A stretch of DNA of 64,000 nt. Origin: Candidatus Zhuqueibacterota bacterium. GTDB lineage: Bacteria > Zhuqueibacterota > Zhuqueibacteria > Thermofontimicrobiales > Thermofontimicrobiaceae. The notes below the pieces were generated by a model. It worked only from the letters and a program-made list of their open reading frames with translations, was not told the origin of the DNA and made no database searches. Shown piece by piece: positions 33,046 through 43,494 of this stretch. The stretch covers positions 488,567 through 552,566 of the forward strand of contig JBMOPW010000034.1 in assembly GCA_049322915.1 (NCBI GenBank). The letters run 5' to 3'. The position numbers were made by a program, and so were the translations under genes. The stretch's first letter is position 1; the number at the start of each line of letters is the position of its first letter.

Positions 33046-34189
33046 TGAGTTACATCCAATTGCTATAGACCTAGCAGAACAAGCTTTTCTATTTCGTCGT
33101 AAGGGTAACGAAAATAAAGCGAAAGAGCTTTTTCTCGAAGCTTTAAAAATTGAGCAACAAGCAGCGTTCTTACTACCTCCAATTCAGGAATCGGAACCTT
33201 CCAGATCCATTCTATTTCGAAGTGCTTCATCAATAGCTTACAATGCAGGTAATTATGAAAAAGCTGATTGGTTAATATCAAATGGTCTTGCTGGATTTCC
33301 CCCAATAGAGATTAAAGAAGAGCTAAAGAATCTTTATGAAGATGTAAATTTTATGAGGCATCTCAATTTAAAAGGTGTTGAATTAAGTAAGAGAGATTGG
33401 TTGATGACTATTTCTGGAAATGCTACAAGTTACGGTAGCACAGCTGCTGACTTGCTGATGACAAGAGTTGATAAATTAAGTTTGCTTTATTATAGAACTG
33501 TCGAAAGATTATTGAAATTGCCTTATAGAACGACTGGGGGAGTTAGTTCTGAAATAAAAGAAAAATACGGACTATACATAAATGCATTTTTGCCAGGTAG
33601 TTTTGCTGTATCCTTTCAGGTCGGAAAGCCCGATCCACAATTACCTTTATTTCCAAACTCAGATCCAAAAGTTCCTATCGATCCTGAAACAATCATTGAT
33701 GAACTACTGAATTGTTTTAAGATTTTAGAAAGCAATCATCCTAGTGATTTAATAGAAAATTTCGATGATAAAACTTATTATGATAATTTTATCGGATTAG
33801 CTAAACAAATTGCACCTGATGGTGATAAAGTAAAATTAGTCGGATTTAATGTCAGCAGAGATGGCAAAGAACATCCGATAGCTTTGAGAAAAAATCAAAA
33901 ACAATTGAGAGAAACTTCTGAACTTACAACCGAAAAAATTAAGAGCGATGAAAGCATTCCTTCAAAATCATTAATAGGTATTTTAATGCATGCCAATACA
34001 CCGAGGCGGAAGAAATTTGGAACTGTTAAATTAACCGAAACGTCATCAGGTCAAATTTTTACGATTCGAGTTCCCATATCTTTAATGAAAGATGTAGTAC
34101 AACCTTTTTACGAAGAAAAAGTCTCGATCATTGTTACTGAGAAAAAGGGGAAAATGTACTTAGAAGAAATTGAAATATCAAATTCATAA
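33032..34189 (+). CDS. Hypothetical protein with N-terminal TPR-like helices
   Basis: AT-rich 385-aa ORF overlapping the upstream gene by 14 bp; helical N-terminal ~110 aa; beta-rich C-terminus. Confidence 0.75.
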   Translation: MSTVDELHPIAIDLAEQAFLFRRKGNENKAKELFLEALKIEQQAAFLLPPIQESEPSRSILFRSASSIAYNAGNYEKADWLISNGLAGFPPIEIKEELKNLYEDVNFMRHLNLKGVELSKRDWLMTISGNATSYGSTAADLLMTRVDKLSLLYYRTVERLLKLPYRTTGGVSSEIKEKYGLYINAFLPGSFAVSFQVGKPDPQLPLFPNSDPKVPIDPETIIDELLNCFKILESNHPSDLIENFDDKTYYDNFIGLAKQIAPDGDKVKLVGFNVSRDGKEHPIALRKNQKQLRETSELTTEKIKSDESIPSKSLIGILMHANTPRRKKFGTVKLTETSSGQIFTIRVPISLMKDVVQPFYEEKVSIIVTEKKGKMYLEEIEISNS

Positions 34190-34387
34190 TTTTTTCAGCT
34201 GATTGCAGAGCTAAGTAATAAATTGAATTTTAGACTTAAAAGTTAAATCTTTAATTTTCGAATTTGATTTTTATTTGTACTCTGTCATTTGTTATTAATT
34301 TTTTAAGTAGAAGAACATATTTTCCTTTCATGAAATTTCAATTTGCCAGCGCACATGGCCCTGATTCACATTACCGGAGGAAGCTCA

Positions 34388-36055
34388 ATGCACAGTGACA
34401 AGACGAAAAACCAGGTGGAACAACTTCAGAAAATATGGGAAGAAAAAGCCCGGAAATCAAAAACCATCGATAAAAAATATATCACCGTCTCCGGCGAAGA
34501 GGTGAATCCGCTGTACACGCCACTGGACACGGAACACATCGATTTCGGGAGAGACATCAATTTCCCCGGCGAATTTCCATACACCCGCGGCGTGCATGCC
34601 ACCATGTACCGCGGCAAGCCGTGGACCATGCGCCAGTTCGCCGGCATGGGGAACGCTGAGCAAACCAACGAGCGCTACCATTACCTTCTCAAGAGCGGGC
34701 AGACCGGTCTCTCCGTGGCGTTCGATTTGCCCACGCTCATGGGCTACGATTCCGACCATGTCCGGTCACTGGGTGAAGTCGGGAAATGCGGTGTGGCAGT
34801 GGACTCATTAGCGGACATGGAAGTGCTGTTCAAAGGCATTCAACTTGATAAAATTTCAACCTCCATGACCATCAACGCCCCGGCTTCGATCCTCTTTGCC
34901 ATGTATGTGGCAGTCGCTGAGAAACAGGGCGTGTCATCGGAGAAGCTCACCGGCACCATTCAAAATGATATTTTGAAGGAATACATCGCGCAGAAGGAGT
35001 GGATTTACCCGCCGGAACCTTCCATGCGGCTGATCACCGATACCATGGAATTCTGCGCCAATCACGTGCCCAAGTGGAATACCATCTCCATTTCCGGCTA
35101 TCACATCCGCGAGGCAGGCGCCACGGCGGCGCAGGAGCTGGCGTTCACCCTGGCTGACGGTTTTGCCTACGTGGAAGCCGGCATCGCTGCCGGGCTGGAT
35201 GTGGATGTGTTCGCGCCCCGGCTCTCTCATTTCTTCAATTCCCATCTCGACTTCTTCGAAGAGATCGCTAAATTTCGGGCGGCGCGACGGATCTGGGCGC
35301 GTCGCATGCGGGATAAATACAAGGCCAGGAATCCGGCGTCATGGTTGCTGCGGTTCCATACCCAAACGGCCGGTTGCAGCCTAACGGCGCAGCAGCCGGA
35401 GAACAATATTGTTCGAACCGCGTTCCAGGCGCTGGCCGGCGTTTTAGGCGGGACCCAAAGCCTGCACACCAACTCCATGGACGAAACGCTCGCCTTGCCC
35501 TCGGACCACGCGGTCAAAATTGCTCTGCGCACCCAGCAAATCATCGCCCATGAAATCGGCGTGGCCAACACCATCGATCCGTTGGCCGGATCTTATTACG
35601 TGGAATCCCTGACGACCAAAATTGAAGCGCAGGCGGAGAAATATTTCGAGGAAATCGACCGTCGCGGCGGCGTGTTGAAGTGCATCGAGCAGGGCTTTTT
35701 CCAGCGGGAAATCGCCGCATCGGCCTATCGCTATCAGAAAGAAGTGGAAGCGCTGGATCAGATTGTCGTCGGCGTCAATGACTACGTGGAAGCGAACAAA
35801 CAGATCAAAATTCCCATCCTGCAGATTGACCCGCAGGTGGAAGAAGGCCAGCGCGCCGCCCTGAAGAAAATGCGGGCGCAGCGCGACAACGATAAAGTGC
35901 AGCGTTCGCTGGATAACCTGCGCAAAGTAGCCGAAGGCACGGAGAACACCGTCCCGGCCATTCTCGATTGCGTCCGTTGCTACACCACCGAGGGCGAAAT
36001 GGTGGATGTGTTGCGCGCTGTATTCGGTGAGTACCAGGAACCGCCAATTTTTTAG
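34388..36055 (+). CDS. icmA: B12-dependent acyl-CoA mutase large subunit with isobutyryl-CoA mutase signature
   Basis: [51 protein letters not shown] before ATG 34388. Confidence 0.8.
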   Translation: MHSDKTKNQVEQLQKIWEEKARKSKTIDKKYITVSGEEVNPLYTPLDTEHIDFGRDINFPGEFPYTRGVHATMYRGKPWTMRQFAGMGNAEQTNERYHYLLKSGQTGLSVAFDLPTLMGYDSDHVRSLGEVGKCGVAVDSLADMEVLFKGIQLDKISTSMTINAPASILFAMYVAVAEKQGVSSEKLTGTIQNDILKEYIAQKEWIYPPEPSMRLITDTMEFCANHVPKWNTISISGYHIREAGATAAQELAFTLADGFAYVEAGIAAGLDVDVFAPRLSHFFNSHLDFFEEIAKFRAARRIWARRMRDKYKARNPASWLLRFHTQTAGCSLTAQQPENNIVRTAFQALAGVLGGTQSLHTNSMDETLALPSDHAVKIALRTQQIIAHEIGVANTIDPLAGSYYVESLTTKIEAQAEKYFEEIDRRGGVLKCIEQGFFQREIAASAYRYQKEVEALDQIVVGVNDYVEANKQIKIPILQIDPQVEEGQRAALKKMRAQRDNDKVQRSLDNLRKVAEGTENTVPAILDCVRCYTTEGEMVDVLRAVFGEYQEPPIF

Positions 36056-36212
36056 AGCTTGCAGCTTTGAGCTATCAGCAGTCAGCCGTCAGCGGTCAGC
36101 AAAAAGCTTTTATCCAGTCGGTTTTGTTAAGGATATGATGATAGCTTCAAACACAAAAAGTGATTGCCTTATTTCATAGCTGAAAGCTGAGCGCTGATAG
36201 CTAACAGCTCCT
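36053..36212. repeat. Inverted pair of heptamer arrays
   Basis: About 8 NNNAGCN units at 36053-36108 and about 5 complementary NGCTNNN units at 36178-36212. Confidence 0.7.
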
Positions 36213-36270
36213 ATCTAAACAATGTCAAATCAAGATATACTTGTAACTAAAATACAATCCGAGGAAATTA

Positions 36271-36666
36271 ATGAATCGCAAAATACGAATTCTGTTGGCC
36301 AAACCAGGATTGGATGGTCACGACCGTGGAATCATTGTCATTGCATCTGCCCTGCGGGACGCCGGGATTGAAGTGATTTATACCGGGCTCAGGCAAACGC
36401 CGGAGCAGATCGTCAATGCCGCCATTCAGGAGGATGTCGACGCCATTGGCATGAGCATTCTCTCCGGCGCGCACATGACGCTGTTCCCGGCTGTGCTCGA
36501 TTTGCTGCGACAGAGCCACGCGGAGTCCATTGTTCTGTTCGGCGGCGGCATCATTCCCGAGGATGATATTGAAAAACTGTATGAAAAAGGCGTGGACAGG
36601 CTCTTCACGCCGGGCGCTTCCACTGAGGATATTGTGAAATTTATTTTTGAGCGCTTCGGTCACTGA
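36271..36666 (+). CDS. icmB: Acyl-CoA mutase small (cobalamin-binding) subunit
   Basis: [10 protein letters not shown] (DxHxxG), SILSGAH, GGIIP. Confidence 0.8.
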   Translation: MNRKIRILLAKPGLDGHDRGIIVIASALRDAGIEVIYTGLRQTPEQIVNAAIQEDVDAIGMSILSGAHMTLFPAVLDLLRQSHAESIVLFGGGIIPEDDIEKLYEKGVDRLFTPGASTEDIVKFIFERFGH

Positions 36667-36789
36667 TGATTTTTCGTTTCTGTTCCTACGAATAAAATTT
36701 CTCATGGAGTGCATTCCTCACTTGAAGTGCAATGATGCGATGCCCTCCCAGTTCCTGTATCGTGACCATAAAGGTTACAAAATTAATCC

Positions 36790-38136
36790 ATGAATTCCAT
36801 CGGAACTTCGTCCAGCAAAGCTAAAATTACCCGTAATGTCATCGTCCTCGGGCTCGTCAGCCTGTTCACCGATGCCTCCAGCGAAATGATTTATCCGCTC
36901 GTCCCGATTTTCATCACCTTTCTGGGCTCCGGCGTTTTCATTCTGGGGGTTATCGAAGGGGTGGCGGAGACGACAGCTTCCCTGGTCAAATTGTTCAGCG
37001 GCATTATCTCCGACAAAATCCGAAAGCGAAAATTGCTGATTGTCATCGGCTACGGCGTCTCCACACTCTTTCGGCCATTGACCGGCATGGTGACCGCGGG
37101 CTGGCAGATCGTCATCATCCGAATGATCGATCGGATTGGCAAGGGCATTCGGAGTGCGCCGCGCGATGCGCTGATTGCGTCCTCCGTCGATGACCGGATC
37201 CGGGGCAAGGCCTACGGATTCCATCGCGCCATGGATCATACCGGCGCTGTTGCCGGCCCGCTGCTGGCGCTGCTCTGCCTCGTTGTCCTCATTATCGGCT
37301 TTGAAATGCGGGATACGCTTCTCACCCTTCGATACACATTCCTGCTCGCTTTACTGCCCGGGCTGCTGGCGGTGATCGCGCTGGTCGGCTTTGTCCGGGA
37401 GAAAGTGGACAGCGCTCCGGCCGCGAAAATCAATCTGTCGCTCAAACGATTCGACAAAAATTTCATCGCGTTTTTATCCATCATTGTGCTGTTCACGCTC
37501 GGCAATTCGTCCGATGCATTTTTGCTGTTCCGCGTTCAGCACGTCATCCACGAGAGCCAAACGCTGCACGCCCTTGTCTATTCGACGCCCCTCATCGGCG
37601 ACATGATTTCCGGCATCGGCCCGGCTGAGGCGCAACAAAAATTTATCGAGATCCTTTTTATCCCGCTGGTCTGGGCTTTTTTCCACGTGATAAAAGCCGT
37701 GTTTTCCATGCCTATGGGCGCGCTGTCCGATAGAATCGGGCGCAAGCGAGTGATCACCTTTGGCTGGGCGATTTACACTTTTGTCTATGTATCGTTCGCC
37801 CTGCTGGATCTGCTGCCGGGTCGGCTCCAGATCATCGCCACGTTCGTCCTGTTCGCGATTTATGCCCTGTATTACGCGTTCACCGAGGGAGCGGAGAAAG
37901 CGTTCATCGCGGACGTCGTTCATCCCGAGGTCCGCGGCAGCGCCTTTGGGCTGTATAATTTCGCCATCGGTCTGGGCGCGCTGCCGGCGAGCATTATATT
38001 TGGCCTGATCTACCAGTATTACGGCGCTCCGGTAGCGTTCGGAACCGGCGCCGCCATTGCCGGCATTTCAATGCTCTTGCTCAGCCTTTTCGTCAGTGAG
38101 AAAAAACCGCGAGCTGCGGCAGCGCAGCCATCCTAA
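36790..38136 (+). CDS. MFS transporter
   Basis: About 12 TM segments; DRIGKGIRSAPRDAL, LSDRIGRK. Confidence 0.92.
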   Translation: MNSIGTSSSKAKITRNVIVLGLVSLFTDASSEMIYPLVPIFITFLGSGVFILGVIEGVAETTASLVKLFSGIISDKIRKRKLLIVIGYGVSTLFRPLTGMVTAGWQIVIIRMIDRIGKGIRSAPRDALIASSVDDRIRGKAYGFHRAMDHTGAVAGPLLALLCLVVLIIGFEMRDTLLTLRYTFLLALLPGLLAVIALVGFVREKVDSAPAAKINLSLKRFDKNFIAFLSIIVLFTLGNSSDAFLLFRVQHVIHESQTLHALVYSTPLIGDMISGIGPAEAQQKFIEILFIPLVWAFFHVIKAVFSMPMGALSDRIGRKRVITFGWAIYTFVYVSFALLDLLPGRLQIIATFVLFAIYALYYAFTEGAEKAFIADVVHPEVRGSAFGLYNFAIGLGALPASIIFGLIYQYYGAPVAFGTGAAIAGISMLLLSLFVSEKKPRAAAAQPS

Positions 38137-38189
38137 GCAGGATAGCCGGGATGTGTTTTTTTTAATTAAACAATCTTTTCTGAAGCGCC

Positions 38190-38816
38190 ATGAATTTGAA
38201 AAATCTGACAATCGCTCTGATCATCGCTCTTGTTTTTGAAGTTACTCTCAAGCTGAGCCATAGACTCGCGCCGTTCATTTTCGAAATCCCGCTTCTCGTA
38301 AATATCACTTCATTACTGAAAGTGCTGACCGGCGTGCTGATCATTTTGTTTCTTTTCTATTTTCTTCAGACAGAAAAAGACGGCGGGACGGTGGAACTGG
38401 CGTTGAAAATAACGCTGGGGGTGGTCATCCTGGCTTTCCTTTACCGGTTGCCTCTGCCGCATAGCGTGAATGACTTCAAGACATTTCGGTTCATCGGAGG
38501 AATTTTAAGCGTAGCCGGTTCGGCGCTATTTTTCCTGCTTGTGCTGATGTACCGGAAAAAGATACCTCAAAGCGCCGGACCATTTCTTCAGGCGATCACC
38601 CTGGTCAGCGTCGTCTTTGCCATTGACATTTTGAAAAATCTGTATTCGCTGATAACTTTGGTGCGGTTCATCATGTTCGGCGCCATTGTCGATTTTCCGT
38701 TCGCGATTCATCGGGCGATGTTTGTGCTCTTCATATTCGGGCATCTTGCTTTGATCTATTTCCTGTACCAGTTTTATCGATTCAACGTTAGTTCAAACCG
38801 GACGGAACAGGGATAG
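38190..38816 (+). CDS. Hypothetical polytopic membrane protein
   Basis: About six hydrophobic segments; no recognised motif. Confidence 0.7.
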   Translation: MNLKNLTIALIIALVFEVTLKLSHRLAPFIFEIPLLVNITSLLKVLTGVLIILFLFYFLQTEKDGGTVELALKITLGVVILAFLYRLPLPHSVNDFKTFRFIGGILSVAGSALFFLLVLMYRKKIPQSAGPFLQAITLVSVVFAIDILKNLYSLITLVRFIMFGAIVDFPFAIHRAMFVLFIFGHLALIYFLYQFYRFNVSSNRTEQG

Positions 38817-38876
38817 CGCGACCTATCCACGTTTCCGGACTATACAACGATGTTATTCGAAAAAGGTCTCCCACTC

Positions 38877-40427
38877 ATGACACTTGATCCCAAATTAGAC
38901 AGGCTTTACAAGCTGCGCGAGCAGGCCAGGCTGGGCGGCGGCGTCAAGCGCATCGCGGACCAGCACAACAAGGGCAAACTCACTGCGCGCGAGCGCATCG
39001 ATCTCCTGCTCGACGAAGGCACTTTCGAAGAAATGGACATGTTCGTCCGGCACCGCTGCACCGATTTCGGCCTGGAGCGCGAGAGCTATCCGGGCGATGG
39101 CGTGATTACAGGCTACGGCCAGATCAACGGGCGGCTCGTGTTTGTGTTCTCCCAGGACTTCACCGTATTCGGCGGCTCGCTCTCCGAGAGCTACGCGCGA
39201 AAGATATGCAAAATTATGGATCTGGCGCTCAAAGTCGGCGCTCCGGTCATTGGCATCAACGACTCCGGCGGCGCGCGCATCCAGGAGGGCGTGGACAGTC
39301 TTGGCGGCTACGCGGATATTTTTCTGCGCAATACGCTCTGCTCCGGCGTCATCCCGCAGATCAGCATCATCGCCGGGCCCTGCGCCGGAGGCGCGGTCTA
39401 CTCGCCAGCCATCACCGATTTCATCTTCATGGTGAAGCATACCAGCTATATGTTCGTGACCGGGCCCAACGTGGTGAAAACCGTGACCCACGAGGACGTC
39501 AGTTTCGAGGATCTGGGCGGCGCGAACACGCACAGTTCCAGGAGCGGAGTTTCCCATTTCGCCTGCGAAAATGAGATCGAGACGATCAACTGCGTCCGTC
39601 AATTGCTGAACTACCTGCCGCTGAACAATCTCGATGATCCACCCTATTTTGAGCCGACCGATCCCATCGACCGGCTGGATGAAGGGCTGAACTCCATTGT
39701 CCCGGAGAATCCCAATAAACCGTACGACATGAAAGACATCATCACCCGCGTGGTGGACGACGGCGAGTTTTTTGAAGTCCACAAAGACTGGGCGCAAAAC
39801 ATCATCATCGGATTTGCGCGGCTCGGCGGTTACTCGGTGGGCATTGTGGGCAATCAACCGGCGGTGCTGGCCGGGGTGCTGGACATCGATTCATCGTGCA
39901 AAGCCGGGCGCTTTGTCCGCTTCTGCGACTGCTTCAACATCCCGCTCATCACGTTCGAAGATGTGCCGGGATTTCTGCCGGGCACAGCCCAGGAGTTTGG
40001 CGGCATCATCAAGCACGGCGCAAAACTGCTCTACGCCTTTTGCGAAGCCACCGTGCCCAAAATAACCGTGATCACGCGAAAAGCTTACGGCGGCGCCTAC
40101 GACGTCATGAGCAGCAAGCACATCCGCGGGGATTTCAATCTGGCCTGGCCATCGGCGGAATTAGCGGTGATGGGACCCAAGGGCGCAGTGGAAATCATTT
40201 TCAAAAAGGAGATCGCTACGTCCGAGAATCCGGAAAAAGCGCTGGAAGACAAGCTGAACAAATTTATCAATGAATTTGCCAACCCATACAAGGCTGCCGA
40301 GCGCGGCTACCTGGATGATGTGATCGAGCCGAAATACACGCGGCCCAAGCTGATCCGCGCGCTGCAGATGCTGGAAACCAAGAGCGATACCAATCCCAGG
40401 AAGAAGCATGGGAATATTCCTTTGTAA
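38877..40427 (+). CDS. pccB: Propionyl-CoA/acyl-CoA carboxylase carboxyltransferase subunit
   Basis: [28 protein letters not shown]-terminal KKHGNIPL. Confidence 0.92.
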   Translation: MTLDPKLDRLYKLREQARLGGGVKRIADQHNKGKLTARERIDLLLDEGTFEEMDMFVRHRCTDFGLERESYPGDGVITGYGQINGRLVFVFSQDFTVFGGSLSESYARKICKIMDLALKVGAPVIGINDSGGARIQEGVDSLGGYADIFLRNTLCSGVIPQISIIAGPCAGGAVYSPAITDFIFMVKHTSYMFVTGPNVVKTVTHEDVSFEDLGGANTHSSRSGVSHFACENEIETINCVRQLLNYLPLNNLDDPPYFEPTDPIDRLDEGLNSIVPENPNKPYDMKDIITRVVDDGEFFEVHKDWAQNIIIGFARLGGYSVGIVGNQPAVLAGVLDIDSSCKAGRFVRFCDCFNIPLITFEDVPGFLPGTAQEFGGIIKHGAKLLYAFCEATVPKITVITRKAYGGAYDVMSSKHIRGDFNLAWPSAELAVMGPKGAVEIIFKKEIATSENPEKALEDKLNKFINEFANPYKAAERGYLDDVIEPKYTRPKLIRALQMLETKSDTNPRKKHGNIPL

Positions 40428-40470
40428 CCGCTAATGACGCGAATGAAAAATCATTAGCGGAATTAGCGGT
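40427..40470. repeat. Short inverted nonamer array
   Basis: ACCGCTAAT GACGCGAAT ... ATTAGCGGA ATTAGCGGT. Confidence 0.55.
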
Positions 40471-40505
40471 CTGTATTTCTTGATTCAAGCTAAGATTAAC
40501 GATCC

Positions 40506-40698
40506 ATGGGTCGACTCTGAAACGCCTTAAAAGGCTTTGATACGTTGGGTATTACAACTTTTCCACGTCATAAATGACGTGGCAATTCAATTGAAAAAAT
40601 TATATGTTAGATAATTTGAATAGCCCCGACTTTTAAGTCGGGGAACAGAAATTTACCTGTGGGTTTTGGGCTTTAGCCCCTTTTGGGAACGGACTCAT
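40506..40698. mobile_element. MITE/REP-cluster element family A, copy 1
   Basis: Collinear similarity to 43116-43472; imperfect TIR ATGGGTCG / GGACTCAT; hairpins CCACGTCATAAATGACGTGG, CCCCGACTTTTAAGTCGGGG, GGGCTTTAGCCC. Confidence 0.75.
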
Positions 40699-40722
40699 CC
40701 ATTAAAAAAGAAAATAGCCATC

Positions 40723-42228
40723 ATGTTCAAAAAAATCCTCATCGCTAATCGCGGCGAAATTGCCATTCGTGTGATGCGCGCCTGCCGCGAAATGAATATC
40801 GCCACTGTGGCCGTGTATTCGGAAGCGGATCGCACGGCCCAGCACGTGCGTTACGCGGACGAAGCTTATCTGTTGGGACCGGCCGCTGCCAGTGAAAGCT
40901 ATCTGGTCAAAGAAAAAATTATCGACGTGGCAAAGCGCTCCGGCGCCGAAGCCATTCATCCCGGCTATGGCTTTTTGGCCGAGAACGCGGACTTCGCGCA
41001 TATGGTTCAACAAAGCGGATTGGTCTTCATCGGCCCCAATCCGGACACTATCCGGCTGCTCGGCGATAAAATGGCCGCGCGCGACACCGTGTCCCGCGCC
41101 AACGTGCCTATTGTTCCCGGCGTCAAGGAAGCGATTTCCTCGTCGGAAGAGGCGCAGTCCATCGCCGAAACGATTGGCTATCCCGTACTCATCAAAGCGG
41201 CTGCCGGCGGCGGCGGCAAAGGCATGCGCATTGTTCAGAATAAAAAGGAACTGCCCCAGCTTTTCAAAATGGCGCGCTCCGAAGCCAAATCCGCTTTTGG
41301 CGACGACCGCATCTACATTGAAAAATACCTGGAATCGCCGCGCCACATCGAGTTTCAGATCATCGCTGACACGCACGGGAATGTGGTGCATCTTGGGGAA
41401 CGGGAATGTTCCATTCAGCGCCGGCATCAGAAAGTGATCGAGGAATCGCCCTCCCCCATCGTCGATGCGGAACTTCGGTGCATCATGGGTGAAACAGCCA
41501 TCCATGCGGCCCGCGCTGCCGGCTACGTCAATGCCGGGACCGTGGAGTTTCTGATCGACCGCCATAAAAATTTTTACTTTCTGGAAGTGAACACCCGGCT
41601 TCAGGTGGAGCACCCGGTCACGGAAATGGTGACCGGCATCGATCTGGCGCGCGAGCAAATCCGCATCGCTGCCGGTCTCGAACTCAGCTTCAGCGCCGCG
41701 GACATTCGGATGTCCGGCTCAGCCATTGAATGCCGCATTTACGCTGAAGATCCGGAGAACAATTTCATGCCATCCATCGGCGTCATTCAAAGCTACCGCG
41801 AACCCAATGGCCCGGGCGTTCGCGTGGATTCCGGTCTGGCGCGGGGCGATCAGGTTTCCATTTACTACGATCCCATGATTTCCAAATTGATCTGCTGGGG
41901 CCGAACCCGCACCGAGGCCATCGAGCGGATGCGACGCGCACTGGAGGAATACACCATCGCCGGCGTCAGTACGGCCATTCCGTTTCACAAGCAGGTGATG
42001 AATCACCCCAATTTCATTGCCGGTAATTTATCGACGCATTTCATCAATGAAAACAAGCAATTGTTGGAATTGGACGATACCATTCCGGAGACCGATTTGC
42101 GCATGATGGCGGCGTTGACCTGCCTTTACGATTTCAAACACAAGCAGCGAAAAAACCAAATCGCATCGCCGCCAAAGATGACTTGCTGGAAACAGGAGAG
42201 CCGGCGCCGCAGGCTATCCGGTTCGTGA
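40723..42228 (+). CDS. accC: Biotin carboxylase subunit (PCC-associated)
   Basis: MFKKILIANRGEIA, HPGYGFLAEN, GGGGKGMR, RLQVEHPVTE. Confidence 0.92.
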   Translation: MFKKILIANRGEIAIRVMRACREMNIATVAVYSEADRTAQHVRYADEAYLLGPAAASESYLVKEKIIDVAKRSGAEAIHPGYGFLAENADFAHMVQQSGLVFIGPNPDTIRLLGDKMAARDTVSRANVPIVPGVKEAISSSEEAQSIAETIGYPVLIKAAAGGGGKGMRIVQNKKELPQLFKMARSEAKSAFGDDRIYIEKYLESPRHIEFQIIADTHGNVVHLGERECSIQRRHQKVIEESPSPIVDAELRCIMGETAIHAARAAGYVNAGTVEFLIDRHKNFYFLEVNTRLQVEHPVTEMVTGIDLAREQIRIAAGLELSFSAADIRMSGSAIECRIYAEDPENNFMPSIGVIQSYREPNGPGVRVDSGLARGDQVSIYYDPMISKLICWGRTRTEAIERMRRALEEYTIAGVSTAIPFHKQVMNHPNFIAGNLSTHFINENKQLLELDDTIPETDLRMMAALTCLYDFKHKQRKNQIASPPKMTCWKQESRRRRLSGS

Positions 42229-42315
42229 GAATCGAACAGGCCGTCCCGAGCTTGACAGGCAATAAGGCAGCTTTTTCTGATGCCGCCTCGTCCGTACCAA
42301 AATGACAGGAGAATC

Positions 42316-42822
42316 ATGAAATACGTAGCCCGCATTCACAACAAAGAATTCAGCATCGAACTGGAAGACCGCGGTGGCGAAGTGGTGGCGATTTTCGAAG
42401 AAGGAACCTATCCGATACAACTCAACGAAATCGATGGCAGCCGTATCTTTTCGGCGCTTATCGGCAATCGTTCGTTCGAAATAGAGATCAACCGGAATTC
42501 GACCGGCTACCTTGTCTCGCATCAGGGTCGGAGCCTGAAATGCACGGTCGAAGACGAACGGCTGGTTCGGCTGAAACGGGCCATGGGCAGCCAGGTTGTG
42601 GATCGGCAGGAAAAAGAGCTGCGCGCGCCCATGCCGGGGCTGGTCGTCGTCGTGGAAGCGACGCCAGGCCAGCGCGTCAAGCCCGGCGATGGATTGCTGA
42701 TCATCGAAGCCATGAAAATGGAAAATGAGATCAGAGCGAAGTTCGAGGGGACTGTGAAAGAAATAAAAATTCAGCCTCGTCAGCCAGTGGAAAAGAATCA
42801 GGTGCTGATGATTTTCGAATAA
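42316..42822 (+). CDS. Biotin carboxyl carrier protein
   Basis: RAPMPG...EAMKMENE. Confidence 0.92.
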   Translation: MKYVARIHNKEFSIELEDRGGEVVAIFEEGTYPIQLNEIDGSRIFSALIGNRSFEIEINRNSTGYLVSHQGRSLKCTVEDERLVRLKRAMGSQVVDRQEKELRAPMPGLVVVVEATPGQRVKPGDGLLIIEAMKMENEIRAKFEGTVKEIKIQPRQPVEKNQVLMIFE

Positions 42823-42980
42823 TTTTTTGCTTGATTTAAAATGATGGAATATTTATCTTGTTCTGTCGCGACAACGCCGGGACATGTTGTCCCCCCCATG
42901 CGATGCAGATAAGGCTTCCACGTGCGTTGACGCCTGGTTTCGCTGATCAATTTCATGCGGAGACAATTATTTTAAAAAGG

Positions 42981-43091
42981 AGCTTTTGGCTTTTGGCTTT
43001 TGGCTATTGGCTTTCGGCGGCGGGAAAAACTTATTTTCGTTCAGACCTCCGCGTTGTCTTTCAAAGAGCTGATGGCTGAATGCTGATCGCT
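42981..43091. repeat. Inverted pair of heptamer arrays
   Basis: (A/G)GCTTTT-like units at 42981-43018 and NGCTGAN units at 43067-43091. Confidence 0.6.
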
Positions 43092-43115
43092 TCTCACTCA
43101 ATTTAGTTTATAAAA

Positions 43116-43472
43116 ATGGGTCGACTCTAACCTGAATTATTCATGAACTTGCTCAGAATTTGAGTCAACATTCAGATTTTCAACTAGCTAAAAACTAAGC
43201 TATTTTGAAATTCAGTTTTTGTACGTTTATTCTAAAAAGAGCACCATTCAGGTTAGCCAGCCTCCTTTAAAAATACTATGAATAATGCAGGCTAAAAAGC
43301 CTTAAAAAAACTTGATACGTTGGGTATGGTATCTTTACCACGTTATAAATGACGTGGCTATTTAACTGATAAAAATATAAGTTATATAATTTGAACAGCC
43401 CCGACTTTTGAGCGGGGAACAGAAATTTACCTCTGATTTTGGGGCTTCAGCCTCTTTTTAGAGTGGACTCAT
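43116..43472. mobile_element. MITE/REP-cluster element family A, copy 2 (interrupted)
   Basis: TIR ATGGGTCGACTCTAA / TTAGAGTGGACTCAT (13/15); body matches 40506-40698. Confidence 0.75.
43131..43291. mobile_element. 161-bp MITE nested in family A copy 2
   Basis: TIR CCTGAATTATTCAT / ATGAATAATGCAGG (13/14); 4-bp direct repeat CTAA at 43127-43130 and 43292-43295; absent from copy 1. Confidence 0.8.
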
Positions 43473-43494
43473 TATAGCCACAGAAATCGACACC

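Noticed and set aside
32390..34260. Integron-cassette origin for the two-gene island
   Set aside because: No attC-like inverted structure downstream and no target duplication found.
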